Assembly (NCBI GenBank): GCA_036507075.1
Contig: DASXQR010000003.1
Location: 32,001-96,000 of the forward strand
Direction of reading: 5' to 3'
Length of the DNA stretch: 64,000 nucleotides
From: Acidobacteriota bacterium
GTDB lineage: Bacteria > Acidobacteriota > UBA6911 > JACQSX01
Of this stretch, positions 40,987 to 51,220 are shown in pieces (the first letter of the stretch is position 1; each line of letters starts with the position of its first letter). A program made the position numbers and the translations under genes. The notes under the pieces were generated by a model. It was not told where the DNA came from. It was given only the letters and a program-made list of their open reading frames with translations, and did no database searches.

Positions 40987-43179
40987 GTGATCTCTTCCGC
41001 TTTCAGAAGATCGCTTTTCGTTTTCGCGGCGTTCTCCTGTTCGTATCTGTCTGCTCAGGTTGCCTGGGTTGCAAAGTTTGAGGACGCCGTAAAACAGGCG
41101 ACTGTCGAAAACAAGTTCATCGTGCTGGATATCGGCGCCAGTTCGTCACCGCCTTGCCAGCAGATGGCCCGTGAAGTCTATCCCGACAAAGATTTCATCC
41201 GGTTTTCACGAACCCAGGTTTTCATGCTTTTGGACGTTGAAAATGATCCCGAAGGCGTTCACCTGGCCGGGAAATTCGATGTCAATCTCTACCCGACCGT
41301 TCTGGTCCTCAGTTCCAACGGAGAGGAAATCAGCCGCATCACCGGAGGACGCAGCACCGACGGATTGATTCGCGACCTGAAAGAGATTTTTGCCGATCCC
41401 GTCCCTTATCGGGAACTGGTGGACAGAGCAAGGACGGATGCCGGCAACTTCAAACTGCAGTACAAAGCGGGGGAGCGGGCGCTCAACAGGCAGGATCTTT
41501 CAATTGCGCGCCAGTTTCTACAGCGCGCAGCAGACCTCTCGCAGGATCGTGACATTGTCGAGAGAGCAAACGTTCTCACACTGCTCTCGGTGGCTGATTT
41601 CCAGGATGGCAAACATCAAGAGAGCATTAAAGCGCTGGACGAGCTGGAAAAGCTCGATCCAAAAACCGCGCAGTCTCCCCATCTGAAATTCCAGCGCGCC
41701 CGATCGCTGATGGCCATCAAGAAATTCGACGAGGCGTCCAGGGTGCTCACTGATCTTATCCATTCCACCCGGTCCCGATCCGATATAGACGACGCAAAGA
41801 AGATGCTGGCCAATTTGCCTGCCAGGTTCCGAGGAACCGGAAAGGACTACGCCGAACTTCTGGAAAAGGCCAAAGAAGAGCTCAGGAAAGGAAAAACGGC
41901 GGCGGCGCTGGAGCTTGCGAAGAAAGCCGTAGAGGCCGCGCCACAGGCCGCCGAAGCGCACATGCTTCTGGCAGCGGCTCAATTTCAGCAATCTTCAGCC
42001 GAGGCCGATCGGGACAGAAAGAACCACCTGGTGGCGTCCGCTTTGAACGAACTAAGAATAGCGCGACGGCTCGACCTTGACGATTTGATCACCTATCGCA
42101 GCGCGAAACGTTATCTGGCCTCGAGGCTATTGGCCGAAATGCCGAATTCGAAAGAATCTCAGCAGCGTTACGTGGAGGCGGAAGCTCTTTTCAACACCGC
42201 CGACACTCTGCTGAAGAGCGGCAGAACAAATGAAGCCCGGCAGCAGTTGATCCTTTCCCTGCTCGCGGATCCGGAGTACCCGCTGGTCTGGAGGAACCTG
42301 GAGGATCTGGCCCGAACCGAAGGACATGATCTGGAGCGCCATTCCGATTTGATCCCGCTTTCACTTCTGACATTGGATGACGCGGGCGGACACGACCGGC
42401 GCAACTTTCCCGACTTGCCCGCCGAAGCGATTCCAGCCTGGCAGGAATACGTCAAAAACAAATTGCTCTGGAAACAGGAGAGATTCCAGAAAACCTTTCC
42501 CACGGAACCCTTCTATCACACCACATTCACGGAAGAACTGGATTCGCTCAACAGGTTGGTTGAGAAGTGGGATTCGATGCGTAAAGAAAAGTCCTCCCTG
42601 CAGGATCCGACCCTGGACTTTCTCCGTCAGATCTGGATTGATGGCCAGTTGGACGCCTTCATCTTTCTGGAACTTTTCACCGAAGAGTACCGGGGTCCGT
42701 ATGAAAACTGGAAGAAGGAAAACCCAAATGCGGCCCTTGCCTACATCTCTCGCTATCTACTGGGTTCTCCCCGGGCCAGGTCGCGCGGCAATTACAATTC
42801 TTCGGCTGTCGATGCCTACAACGCCGGAGTTGAACTTTACCAGAAGGGAGACAAAAGGCAGGCGGTCGAACAATATCACAGGGCACTGGCGCAGGAACCG
42901 CGCATGGTGCCTGCTCTCCAGAATCTGACGATGATTTATCTGGAGTTGAATGAACTCGAGCGAGCGCGCCAAACTGTGAAGCTTTGGGCAGAGGCCGAGC
43001 CCGAGTCCGCGCGTCCGCTGGGGATTGACGCGCAATTCGCCTATAACGACGGCGACTACGCCGCCGCCCGCGATCTTTTGCAGCGAGCTCTGTCGCTGGA
43101 AAGAGATGCAGAAGAAAAATTGCGCCTGCAGCAGAATCTGTCGGCTGCGGAGAAAATGCTGGCGCGCAAAAAGCCGTGA
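40987..43179 (+). CDS. Exported thioredoxin-fold plus TPR protein (SPPC in place of CxxC); start uncertain (ORF open from 40933)
   Basis: AQVAW..FEDAVKQA..KFIVLDIGASSSPPCQQM..YPTVLVL; multiple TPR helices. Confidence 0.8.
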   Translation: MISSAFRRSLFVFAAFSCSYLSAQVAWVAKFEDAVKQATVENKFIVLDIGASSSPPCQQMAREVYPDKDFIRFSRTQVFMLLDVENDPEGVHLAGKFDVNLYPTVLVLSSNGEEISRITGGRSTDGLIRDLKEIFADPVPYRELVDRARTDAGNFKLQYKAGERALNRQDLSIARQFLQRAADLSQDRDIVERANVLTLLSVADFQDGKHQESIKALDELEKLDPKTAQSPHLKFQRARSLMAIKKFDEASRVLTDLIHSTRSRSDIDDAKKMLANLPARFRGTGKDYAELLEKAKEELRKGKTAAALELAKKAVEAAPQAAEAHMLLAAAQFQQSSAEADRDRKNHLVASALNELRIARRLDLDDLITYRSAKRYLASRLLAEMPNSKESQQRYVEAEALFNTADTLLKSGRTNEARQQLILSLLADPEYPLVWRNLEDLARTEGHDLERHSDLIPLSLLTLDDAGGHDRRNFPDLPAEAIPAWQEYVKNKLLWKQERFQKTFPTEPFYHTTFTEELDSLNRLVEKWDSMRKEKSSLQDPTLDFLRQIWIDGQLDAFIFLELFTEEYRGPYENWKKENPNAALAYISRYLLGSPRARSRGNYNSSAVDAYNAGVELYQKGDKRQAVEQYHRALAQEPRMVPALQNLTMIYLELNELERARQTVKLWAEAEPESARPLGIDAQFAYNDGDYAAARDLLQRALSLERDAEEKLRLQQNLSAAEKMLARKKP

Positions 43180-43186
43180 AATACCG

Positions 43187-43290
43187 AACCGCCAAGAACG
43201 CCAAGAACGCCAAGCCTCAAGTTCTGTCCGGCGGTCACATTGTTATTCTCGCCCTGGTTTGCCTGAATATCTTGGCGTTCTTGGCGGTTT
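43187..43290. repeat. 9-mer palindrome AACCGCCAAGAACGCCAAG..CTTGGCGTTCTTGGCGGTT
   Basis: Perfect 19-bp arms. Confidence 0.85.
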
Positions 43291-43301
43291 AAGTTGTTCG
43301 T

Positions 43302-44201
43302 TCAGATTTCAGCCATCACCCGCTGCATGAATTGTATTGATTCGCGGGCGATTTTTTCCGCTCCCGGTTTAAAATCGAACACTTCCAGCGAGACCCAACC
43401 CGGAAAACGGATTTCCTTTAACGCCCGAAACACCGGTTTGAAATCCAGGCCACGCGTACCGGGGTAGCTGCCGTCCATTTCATTGACATGGACGTGCCGG
43501 ATTATTCCTGCATGTTTCTTAATCAGCCGATCGAGCGGTTCTGTTTCATCGGCTGTGTTGTGAACGTCGAACATACTCTGCAGCGCGTGGTGGCGCACCC
43601 GCTTTACCACGTCGGCAGCTTCCTTCATTGTGTTCACGACGTCGCATTGCTGGTTGCTCGGGATCGGCTCCATGCAGATTGTGATGCCGCGCTCGCCGGC
43701 GTGAGGTGCGACCTTCACGAACCCATTTACAAGGTTCTGCACTGCCTTCGCTGCGGGAACCCCACGGGAGGTTCGTTGCTTGGGAGAACCGAATACCATG
43801 ATCTTACCGCCGACATCGGCGCACAGATCGACCAGTTTTCGCACGTAATCCCAACTATCATTGCGGATTTTCTCGTCCGGCGTTGTGACATGCAGCCACT
43901 GGGGCGTGATCAGAAGCCAGTGCAGTCCCGAGCAGACCAGTCCGTTGTCGCCAAGGACGGATTTGATTTCTTTGCGCCGTTTTGGAGAAATTGAATCCAC
44001 ATGATCGGACAGCCAGAACGGTGCAATCTCAAGCGCCCTGTACCCGATACTGCTGATAAAAGGCGCAGTTTTCTCGACGCTCCAGCCTTCGAAGATTTCA
44101 CTGCAGATGGAGTATCTCGGTTTCCAGACCGCCTTTTTGTTTTGCAGCGGCGTCATTGCTGTCGCCAGTCCTGAGAAAACGAACTCACGTCGTCGCATCA
44201 T
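43302..44201 (-). CDS. Sugar phosphate isomerase/epimerase (D-psicose/tagatose 3-epimerase-like), Tat-like signal
   Basis: RRREFV, LEIAPF, MEP, DVHN, HVHVNE, SLEVFDF. Confidence 0.85.
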   Translation of the reverse strand: MMRRREFVFSGLATAMTPLQNKKAVWKPRYSICSEIFEGWSVEKTAPFISSIGYRALEIAPFWLSDHVDSISPKRRKEIKSVLGDNGLVCSGLHWLLITPQWLHVTTPDEKIRNDSWDYVRKLVDLCADVGGKIMVFGSPKQRTSRGVPAAKAVQNLVNGFVKVAPHAGERGITICMEPIPSNQQCDVVNTMKEAADVVKRVRHHALQSMFDVHNTADETEPLDRLIKKHAGIIRHVHVNEMDGSYPGTRGLDFKPVFRALKEIRFPGWVSLEVFDFKPGAEKIARESIQFMQRVMAEI

Positions 44202-44303
44202 CTTTTTCGCGCTTTCTCTTTCGCGTTTTCGCGCGTTCGCCGTTTATCATACGACTGGTCGGCCTGGAAGCAAACATCTTCCTAACGTGGTAAATTAAGG
44301 TTT

Positions 44304-45029
44304 ATGCAGCAAACGGCAACTCCACATCAGATCAACGTCAGTGAGAGCGGAGCGGAGCGTGACGGACGCCCGCAAACTCTGGACCGGCGTCTTTTCATGC
44401 AGCTCCAGGTTTTCGGCGGCTGTAAGGAACCGCAGCAGATCGCCGCCGAAATGAAGCAGAGGAGCTTTGGCGGCGTGCTTTATCAGGACCTCAACGACCC
44501 GCGTGGCATCGGGATCCTGGCAATGAGCGAGGATCCCGCCTTCTTTGCAGCCGACTTTCGAGAGATGCTCAACTCCGGTTCGTTTCTGGCGCTCGTGCAC
44601 AAGCCCGAATTCACCATGCTGGGACGCACCTACTCATCAGGATATGAGCAGGATTTGGAAGACTGGCTATTGCTGCGGCCTCGGAGGACGGTGCTTAACC
44701 GCGACTGGCCCTGGGCGATATGGTATCCGCTTCGCCGTTCGGGCGCATTTGCGCGACTCGACCCGAAAGAGCAGGGCGCCATCCTTCGGGAACACGCTGC
44801 CATCGGGCGAGCTTACGGAGAAGCGGACCTGGCTCACGATATTCGCCTGGCGTGTCACGGCCTGGACACCCGGGACAACGAATTCGTAATCGGCCTGGTG
44901 GGCCCTGATCTGCATCCGCTTTCACACATCGTTCAGACGATGCGCAAGACGCGCCAGACCGCCGAGTTTATCCAAACAATGGGCCCTTTCTTCGTCGGAC
45001 GCGTCTTGTGGCAGAGTCCGATGTCGTGA
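44304..45029 (+). CDS. Chlorite dismutase / coproheme decarboxylase (HemQ/ChdC) family protein
   Basis: WYPLRR, LREHAAIGR, HGLDTRDNEFVIG, GPFFVG. Confidence 0.82.
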   Translation: MQQTATPHQINVSESGAERDGRPQTLDRRLFMQLQVFGGCKEPQQIAAEMKQRSFGGVLYQDLNDPRGIGILAMSEDPAFFAADFREMLNSGSFLALVHKPEFTMLGRTYSSGYEQDLEDWLLLRPRRTVLNRDWPWAIWYPLRRSGAFARLDPKEQGAILREHAAIGRAYGEADLAHDIRLACHGLDTRDNEFVIGLVGPDLHPLSHIVQTMRKTRQTAEFIQTMGPFFVGRVLWQSPMS

Positions 45030-45086
45030 CCCACACGGCGACTAACTTCATTAACACCTTGCCTTTTGTACGGTACCTTTCTACCT

Positions 45087-45207
45087 CGGAATGCGGAATG
45101 CGGAATGGGGAATGCGGAATGCGGAGTGCAGAATATGGAATTCCCCATTCCCCATTCGCCATTCCCCATTCCGCATTCGCCATTCCGCATTCCGCATTCC
45201 CCATTCG
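45087..45207. repeat. Inverted GCGGAAT/CCCCATT heptamer element
   Basis: Between convergent genes. Confidence 0.88.
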
Positions 45208-45208
45208 C

Positions 45209-46069
45209 CTACCGCTCGGTTCTGATCCGTGTCCGCACCCGAGTAATCTGCAGATTGAAATAGGTAAAGCAGCATTCACCATTATTCACCTTTACGGCAA
45301 TCACGTTCTCGTCGGCCGTGAGAAAACTGCGGGGAATGCTCACTGGGGGAACCGTTCCGTTTTCTCCGCATCGTTTTAGCGGATCATTGACGCAGCCTCC
45401 CCCATCCTTCGATCCCCACCGGCCGACGTAATGGCCATTTACGTATACCCATATTCCATCATCGCTGGAGAATACGATCTTCGAATCCTCGTCGGGGTCG
45501 GCAACAAAAAACCTGCGTCTGTAGTAGCGCGCGCGGTTCGTCGTATCGCCAAAAGAGTTATCGTCAGGCAGGTTGATCCGGCTCCAGTCGTCATCATCGA
45601 ATTCAATTTCATACCAGGCTCGGCCAATTACATCGCGGACGGATTTTTTGGTGTCAAAGACCGGAGATGCCAGCCAGTGGGCGTTGGCCTCCAGTAGCAG
45701 CACGCCGTTGTAAAGAGGGTTGGCACGGTCGTCGAAAATCTCCAGATCCAATTCGATGCGGTCGGGTTCTGAGCGCCCGTACGCCCGTCCCCGGCCGGCA
45801 CCGTCAATACGTTCGAGCGTGATCCTAATGCGCGCACCCTCGGTCGTGCCCTGAATCCGATAATTGCCGCGGTCGCGAAGGCGAAGATGGCCCGTTACAT
45901 TCTCGCCGATAGTGAGGTTGGCTGATGCGCTGATCGGGCTGTAGGGCGCCTGCTGGTCAACCACAAAGTTAGGAGTGAGAAACCCGCTATAGCTGGTCGC
46001 TCTTACCGATACAATTGAGTTTAGGAATGCGAGCGCCAGCAGCACGGCGCGCAGTCTTGTCGTCATCAT
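45209..46069 (-). CDS. Secreted hypothetical protein with C-terminal galactose-binding-like (GH2 N-terminal-like) domain
   Basis: Signal peptide; FDDDDWS..YYRRRF..DDGIWVYVNG..ENVIAVKV. Confidence 0.65.
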   Translation of the reverse strand: MMTTRLRAVLLALAFLNSIVSVRATSYSGFLTPNFVVDQQAPYSPISASANLTIGENVTGHLRLRDRGNYRIQGTTEGARIRITLERIDGAGRGRAYGRSEPDRIELDLEIFDDRANPLYNGVLLLEANAHWLASPVFDTKKSVRDVIGRAWYEIEFDDDDWSRINLPDDNSFGDTTNRARYYRRRFFVADPDEDSKIVFSSDDGIWVYVNGHYVGRWGSKDGGGCVNDPLKRCGENGTVPPVSIPRSFLTADENVIAVKVNNGECCFTYFNLQITRVRTRIRTER

Positions 46070-46143
46070 CTCTTTGGATTGAGCGAGAAAGAAAAAGGAT
46101 CAATTGAGGTATCAGCAGGTAGAATGAACGGACCATTAATACG

Positions 46144-47292
46144 ATGAAAAACTGGAAAACGATTCTGATCATCGCCGTCATCGCCGCCGCGGCCATTGTG
46201 GTGTTCTATACTTTCGCGCGCCAGGAGAACCCCAACAAGCTGGTGCTTTCCGGATTTGTCGATCAGCAGGAAATTCATGTGGGTTCCCGCCAGGGAGGCA
46301 GAGTGGTCCAGGTGCTGGTGGAAGAAGGCTCTCTGGTGCAGAAAGACCAGCCACTCGTGCGACTTGATCCGGAGGATCTGATTGCTCGAAGAGCGGCGTT
46401 GGAGGCTGATCTGGCCAGCAGCCAGGCCAATCTGTTGAAACTGGAGCACGGCGCGCGCAAGGAGGAGATTGCGCAGGCTCGAGCAAGCGCTGCCGCCGCC
46501 ATGTCTCGCTACTCTTTGTTGAAATCCGGCGCCCGCAAGGAGGAGATCGCTCAGGCTGAAGCCGAGCTGGCCGCTGCCCAGGCGGTAGAGAGAGACGCCA
46601 AGATCGAGGCTGACAGGATGCAGCAACTGTTCGACAAAGGCGTCGTCTCGCAAAAGGAGCGCGACAACGCCTTCTATCGCTATCAAAGCCAGGCTGCGCA
46701 GGTGCGGGCTCGCCAGCAAAAGGTGCAGGAGCTTCGAATCGGCAATCGGGAAGAAGAAATACAGGCGGCCTATCACGATTATCAGCGGGAGCTGGCGCGC
46801 CTTCGATTGCTGGAGGCGGGTACTCGACAGGAGGAAATCGCGGAAGCCCGCGCCCGCGTGGCACGCATGCGTGCTCAAATTCAAGAGCTCGACGTGAATA
46901 TTGCTGAGAGCGAAATCCGCTCTCCTGCCAAGGCTCGCGTGGAAGTAATTTCAGTCCGACCCGGAGATCTGGTGCAGCCCGGTGTTCCGGTGATGCGACT
47001 GCTGGAACCGGACCGCGTTTGGGTACGCGTGTATGTTCCCGAACCAAAGCTTGGACTGGTTCGCGTGGGTCAAAAGGCGGAGATCCGCATCGACACATTT
47101 CCAAATCGCATCTTCTCGGGTGTGGTCGAGCAGATCAATTCGGAGTCTGAATTCACGCCCCGAAACGTCCAGAGTAGGGATGAACGAAATCATCAGGTGT
47201 TCGGTGTAAAGATCCGCATTGATAATCAACTGGGGGAGATCAAATCGGGTATGGCCGCCGACGTCGCTCTGCTTCTGGGCACCCAAAGCTAA
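46144..47292 (+). CDS. HlyD-family membrane fusion protein (YbhG-like)
   Basis: N-terminal TM, lipoyl-like halves, coiled coil, EFTPRNVQ. Confidence 0.9.
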   Translation: MKNWKTILIIAVIAAAAIVVFYTFARQENPNKLVLSGFVDQQEIHVGSRQGGRVVQVLVEEGSLVQKDQPLVRLDPEDLIARRAALEADLASSQANLLKLEHGARKEEIAQARASAAAAMSRYSLLKSGARKEEIAQAEAELAAAQAVERDAKIEADRMQQLFDKGVVSQKERDNAFYRYQSQAAQVRARQQKVQELRIGNREEEIQAAYHDYQRELARLRLLEAGTRQEEIAEARARVARMRAQIQELDVNIAESEIRSPAKARVEVISVRPGDLVQPGVPVMRLLEPDRVWVRVYVPEPKLGLVRVGQKAEIRIDTFPNRIFSGVVEQINSESEFTPRNVQSRDERNHQVFGVKIRIDNQLGEIKSGMAADVALLLGTQS

Positions 47293-47296
47293 AAAC

Positions 47297-47499
47297 TGAA
47301 CCGCCAAGAACGCCAGGAGCGCTAAGCTTTGAAGAGTGAACCGCCAAGAACGCTAAGAACGCCAAGCACTGGGAGCCATAAAATTTGACAATCGCTCACC
47401 AGTCGTTGAAGTATAAAAATAATTTCAAAGCTTAGCGCTCTTGGCGTTCTTGGCGGTTCAGTTTTCAAAGCTTGGTGTTCTTAGCGTTCGTGGCGGTTC
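47297..47499. repeat. Doubled 9-mer palindrome (two AACCGCCAAGAACGC left arms, two right arms)
   Basis: Inside the efflux operon. Confidence 0.85.
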
Positions 47500-47508
47500 C
47501 CTCTTTCC

Positions 47509-48480
47509 ATGGCTCCTGTAATTACCGCTGAGAATCTAACTATTCAGTTTGGAACGGTGCGCGCCGTGGACCGGGTGACTTTTCACGTCGAATCAGGCGA
47601 TATCTTCGGCCTGATGGGCCCCAATGGCTCGGGAAAGACGACGATCGTGCGCGCGCTTTGCGGGCTTGTCACTCCCAGAGAAGGGCACGGAACGGTGCTT
47701 GGACTTGATATTGCCACGCAATCCGAGCAAATCCGCCAGCAGGTGGGCTACATGTCGCAGAAGTTCAGTCTCTATGAGGACCTTACGGTCCGGGAAAACA
47801 TCGATTTTTATGCGGGCGTCTACGGCCTCACGGGTGCTGAAGCGGAGAAGCGCAAGCGTGAAGTAATCGAACTGACCCATATCGGCCCTTACTTAAGCCG
47901 CCGAGGAGCGCATCTATCAGGCGGGTGGCGCCAGCGCCTCGCTTTGTCCTGTTCGCTCCTTCACGAGCCGCGGGTTCTCTTTCTGGATGAGCCTACGGCA
48001 GGAATCGATCCCGTGGCCCGGAGAGATTTGTGGGATCTTCTGTTCACGTTATCCGGGGCCGGAGTTACCTTTTTTGTAACCACCCATTACATGGACGAGG
48101 CCGAAAGGTGCAGCCGTGTTGGTTACATCTATCTTTCCAGAATGATCGCGCTGGGGACGCCGGATGACTTAAAACGACGGCCCGAAGTGACACCGGCGGG
48201 ACAGCGGCGCGTTGAAATTGTTCTCCCCAATACGTCGGCCGGCATGGCGTTTCTTCTCAAGCAGTGCCCTTATGTAAAAGATGCAACCATCTTCGGCCAG
48301 TCCATACACCTCCTGATCGACGAGGAGGTTTCCAACAACCAGATCACCGAAGACCTGGCCAGGGGCGGCCATCCAAGCGCGGTGGTGAAAGATATTGGTT
48401 CCCCTTCGCTGGAAGATGTCTTTGTCACCCTGACGGCGCTGTATGCCGCCACCAGCGAGTCCGAGGGCGTCCCGGTCTGA
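47509..48480 (+). CDS. ABC transporter ATP-binding protein (YbhF-like)
   Basis: [49 protein letters not shown]. Confidence 0.92.
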   Translation: MAPVITAENLTIQFGTVRAVDRVTFHVESGDIFGLMGPNGSGKTTIVRALCGLVTPREGHGTVLGLDIATQSEQIRQQVGYMSQKFSLYEDLTVRENIDFYAGVYGLTGAEAEKRKREVIELTHIGPYLSRRGAHLSGGWRQRLALSCSLLHEPRVLFLDEPTAGIDPVARRDLWDLLFTLSGAGVTFFVTTHYMDEAERCSRVGYIYLSRMIALGTPDDLKRRPEVTPAGQRRVEIVLPNTSAGMAFLLKQCPYVKDATIFGQSIHLLIDEEVSNNQITEDLARGGHPSAVVKDIGSPSLEDVFVTLTALYAATSESEGVPV

Positions 48481-48484
48481 CGTT

Positions 48485-48650
48485 GATTTGAAAATGGGGA
48501 CAGACCCCGTTTTGATTTGAAAATGGGGACAGACCCCGTTTTGAAAAACTTGCAGTGGGAAAAAATGGGGACAGACCCCCATTTCAGCGCCCGTCCTTGG
48601 CGCTCTCTTGGTGTTCTTGGCGGTGAAGATTTATGGATAATCCAGGCTTA
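48485..48650. repeat. Three AAAATGGGGACAGACCCC hairpin units plus a right-arm copy of the 49776-50034 palindrome
   Basis: GGGGACAGACCCC x3; TTCAGCGCCCGTCC..GGCGGTGAAGATTTATGGATAATCCAGGCTT. Confidence 0.8.
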
Positions 48651-49772
48651 CGATCGTTTCGCGGCTTTTGGCCGATACTGAAGAAAGAGTCGATTCATAT
48701 CAGACGTGATCCGGCCGCCCTCTTTTTTGCGCTGTTTATTCCTGTGGTTGAAATGTTTCTGATCGGCTACGCCGTAAATATCAACGTACGGGACGTAAGC
48801 ACGGTCGTCTACGACGAAGCTCACACCCAGGAGAGCCGCGAATTCCTGCAGCGTTTTGCCAACAGCCACGCGTATGCTTTCAAGAAGTACGTTTATTCGG
48901 ATGAGGAAATGACGCGCGAAATCGTGGCGGGGCGCGCCCAGGTCGGTATCAAGATACCCCATGACTTTTCACGTCGCCTGCTGGCGGGAGATTCCGCGCC
49001 GGTTCTGGTTCTGGTGGACGGTTCGAATGCGACGGTTGCGGGAGAAGTCGGCAATGTCGCCATCGGAATTGCGTTGCAGGCATCGCTGGAACGCGTGCTT
49101 TCTCAAGTTCATCACTCTCGGGCCAGGCTCCCGGTGGAGGTCCGGCGTAAAGTTTTGTTCAATCCTGACTCACGCTCGGCCAATTTCTTCATTCCCGGTC
49201 TGGTGGTTGTGCTGATTCAGATTATTACCGTGATACTGACGGCGTTTTCCATCGTGCGCGAGCGCGAACGGGGAACCCTGGAACAGCTTTTTATGACGCC
49301 GGTCGGAACTCTTGGCCTGTTGATAGGCAAAATCGTCCCCTACGGCATTCTGGCTTTTCTGGAACTGTGCTGGATTCTTCTGATTATGCGCTGGATCTTT
49401 CTGGTGCCGATCGCCGGAAGCGTAACTCTGCTGCTGGCGCTCTCGTTGCTTTTCATTCTTGCCATGCTGAGCGTGGCTCTGCTCATTTCCACGAAGGCAC
49501 GCACGCAGCAGGAAGCGAATCAGATGGCGTTTGGGACGATGCTGCCGGCCATTTTTCTTTCAGGATATGTTTTTCCCTTCGACAGTATGCCGCCTTTCTT
49601 TCAGTGGATCGGACTGTTGATACCCACAACTTACCTGATTGATATCTGCCGGGGGATCGTGCTGCGGGGAGCGGGAATTGCAGAGCTTTGGCCCCAGGCG
49701 CTGGTGTTGCTTGGGTTCAGCGTGGTGCTGATTTTCTTAAGCGCGATGCGATTCCAGAAAAAGACGATGTAG
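48633..49772 (+). CDS. ABC-2 transporter permease (YbhS/YbhR-like)
   Basis: [46 protein letters not shown]. Confidence 0.92.
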   Translation: MDNPGLRSFRGFWPILKKESIHIRRDPAALFFALFIPVVEMFLIGYAVNINVRDVSTVVYDEAHTQESREFLQRFANSHAYAFKKYVYSDEEMTREIVAGRAQVGIKIPHDFSRRLLAGDSAPVLVLVDGSNATVAGEVGNVAIGIALQASLERVLSQVHHSRARLPVEVRRKVLFNPDSRSANFFIPGLVVVLIQIITVILTAFSIVRERERGTLEQLFMTPVGTLGLLIGKIVPYGILAFLELCWILLIMRWIFLVPIAGSVTLLLALSLLFILAMLSVALLISTKARTQQEANQMAFGTMLPAIFLSGYVFPFDSMPPFFQWIGLLIPTTYLIDICRGIVLRGAGIAELWPQALVLLGFSVVLIFLSAMRFQKKTM

Positions 49773-49775
49773 GTC

Positions 49776-50034
49776 GAAGGTCAAAAGCCGAACGTCAAGC
49801 CTGGATTATTCACAAAAAGCTTAACCGCGAAGAACGCAAAGAACGCCAAGAGAGCGCAAGGGACGGGGGCTGAAACTTGAAGTATGAAGGCCTCAAACCG
49901 TGTCCTAAGTCTGCCTGGCGCCTTCATACTTCAAGTTTCAGCCCCCGTCCCTTGCGCTATTCTTAGCGCTCTTAGCGTTCTTGGCGGTGAAGATTTGTGA
50001 ATAATCCAGGCTTGACGTTCGGCTTTTGACCTTC
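49776..50034. repeat. 259-bp composite palindrome between convergent genes
   Basis: Perfect 41-bp outer and 39-bp inner arms with a divergent 9-mer segment between them and a ~28-nt loop. Confidence 0.92.
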
Positions 50035-50923
50035 AGACATTCAGCCTCTGAACTACTGCCTCGTATTCATATCGCCTCTTGATCGCCCCACAGTGCAGAA
50101 AAACGGTGAGCGCCTGCTGGTAAAGGTCGCGTGTTATTTCCAGCGCGCCATTCCAGCACCCGAGCCGCTGGTAGCGTGCGATCGTGGAGGTAAGTACTTC
50201 AAGTTCGACGGCGGGGAAAAGATCTTTCTCCAACCGGACAATATCGTTGGCGTTAGCCTGATTGACAAAATCACGGCCGTTTCGATAGGCCTTCAGAAAG
50301 GCCCGAGCCTTTTCCGTCTTGAGGAATTCAGTCGAAGCCATCAGACTGCTGAAAGCCACCGCCGGCATAGCCTCCCCAACGGAAGCCACAACATTGCCCA
50401 CCCCGTCGTTTTCCAGCTCTTGGGCAGCCGGCCCCTGCAGGTGAACATAGTCGCCCGCCCCCTGCCGAAACCTTGCATCCATTTGCTCAGGAGCGCCGGC
50501 ATCGATCAGTGCCACCTGCTTCCATTCGACTTGATTTATTTCCGCAGCGTAGCGCAGCATCACCAGAGGCTGGGAGCCATGATCGGCCACCAGCGTGCTG
50601 CCCTCCAGCCGTTTCCAGTCGAAGGCTTCGCCCGGCTTTCGAGCCACAATAAAAAATCCGTCCCGGCGGTTGATTTGGGCAAAGTGCGCCGGGAGATCGG
50701 AGGCACCGCTGTCCATTGCGGCCCAATTGGAAGAAACAGCGGACTGCATTACTTCCACGTCGCCTCTTCGAATTAGTTCGTGAGACCTCTGTCCTGGCTG
50801 AAGAACCGAGTAGGTACTCTGAAGTCCTTCCGCCTTCAGGAAACCGCCGTTAATTGTAGCCAGCAACGGGCTGTAAAAGGCGGAATGGCGGGACGCCATG
50901 ATCCGGATCGGTTCGCCTGGCAT
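50033..50923 (-). CDS. NMT1/THI5-like ABC substrate-binding-fold protein
   Basis: RHSAFYSPL..GFLKAEGL, FAQINRRDGFFIVAR. Confidence 0.75.
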   Translation of the reverse strand: MPGEPIRIMASRHSAFYSPLLATINGGFLKAEGLQSTYSVLQPGQRSHELIRRGDVEVMQSAVSSNWAAMDSGASDLPAHFAQINRRDGFFIVARKPGEAFDWKRLEGSTLVADHGSQPLVMLRYAAEINQVEWKQVALIDAGAPEQMDARFRQGAGDYVHLQGPAAQELENDGVGNVVASVGEAMPAVAFSSLMASTEFLKTEKARAFLKAYRNGRDFVNQANANDIVRLEKDLFPAVELEVLTSTIARYQRLGCWNGALEITRDLYQQALTVFLHCGAIKRRYEYEAVVQRLNV

Positions 50924-50976
50924 ATACAAAACGCTATCATATTTTTGCGACGGCGATTTAGGCTTAGCGCTCCTTG

Positions 50977-51220
50977 TGTAGCAAGTTGGCAACTTCTTGC
51001 TTTTCTGGCAAAGTTTCCAGGCCGTCCACGAGCACGAGCACGTCAACATCCACGACTACGTCTACGTTTTCTGGATACGGCGGCGATTGGTAGACTGCAG
51101 AGAATTAAAGGCTGTTTAGAGGATGATGTTGTCGTGATCGTGGACCTGAGACGTAGTCGTCGACGTGCTCGTGCTCGTGGGCGTGGACGGCTTTTTGGGT
51201 TGCGGTCTACGGCTGCGCTG
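50977..51220 (+). mobile_element. Non-autonomous insertion module (244 bp) with hexamer-palindrome cargo, inserted in a 9-mer arm
   Basis: Homologous to 2156-2485 (inverted); empty site CTTAGCGCTCCTTG|CGGT..GTGAAGATTTTTGAATAATCC resembles 49971-50012. Confidence 0.7.

Noticed and set aside
44933..45379. MRNAECG-type ORFs (also at 25.4-25.7 kb and 28.2-28.5 kb)
   Set aside because: The 7-aa periodicity is the translation of a 7-nt DNA repeat.
47385..47417. TTGACA..TATAAA promoter in the 9-mer element spacer
   Set aside because: 21-bp spacing is too long for sigma70.
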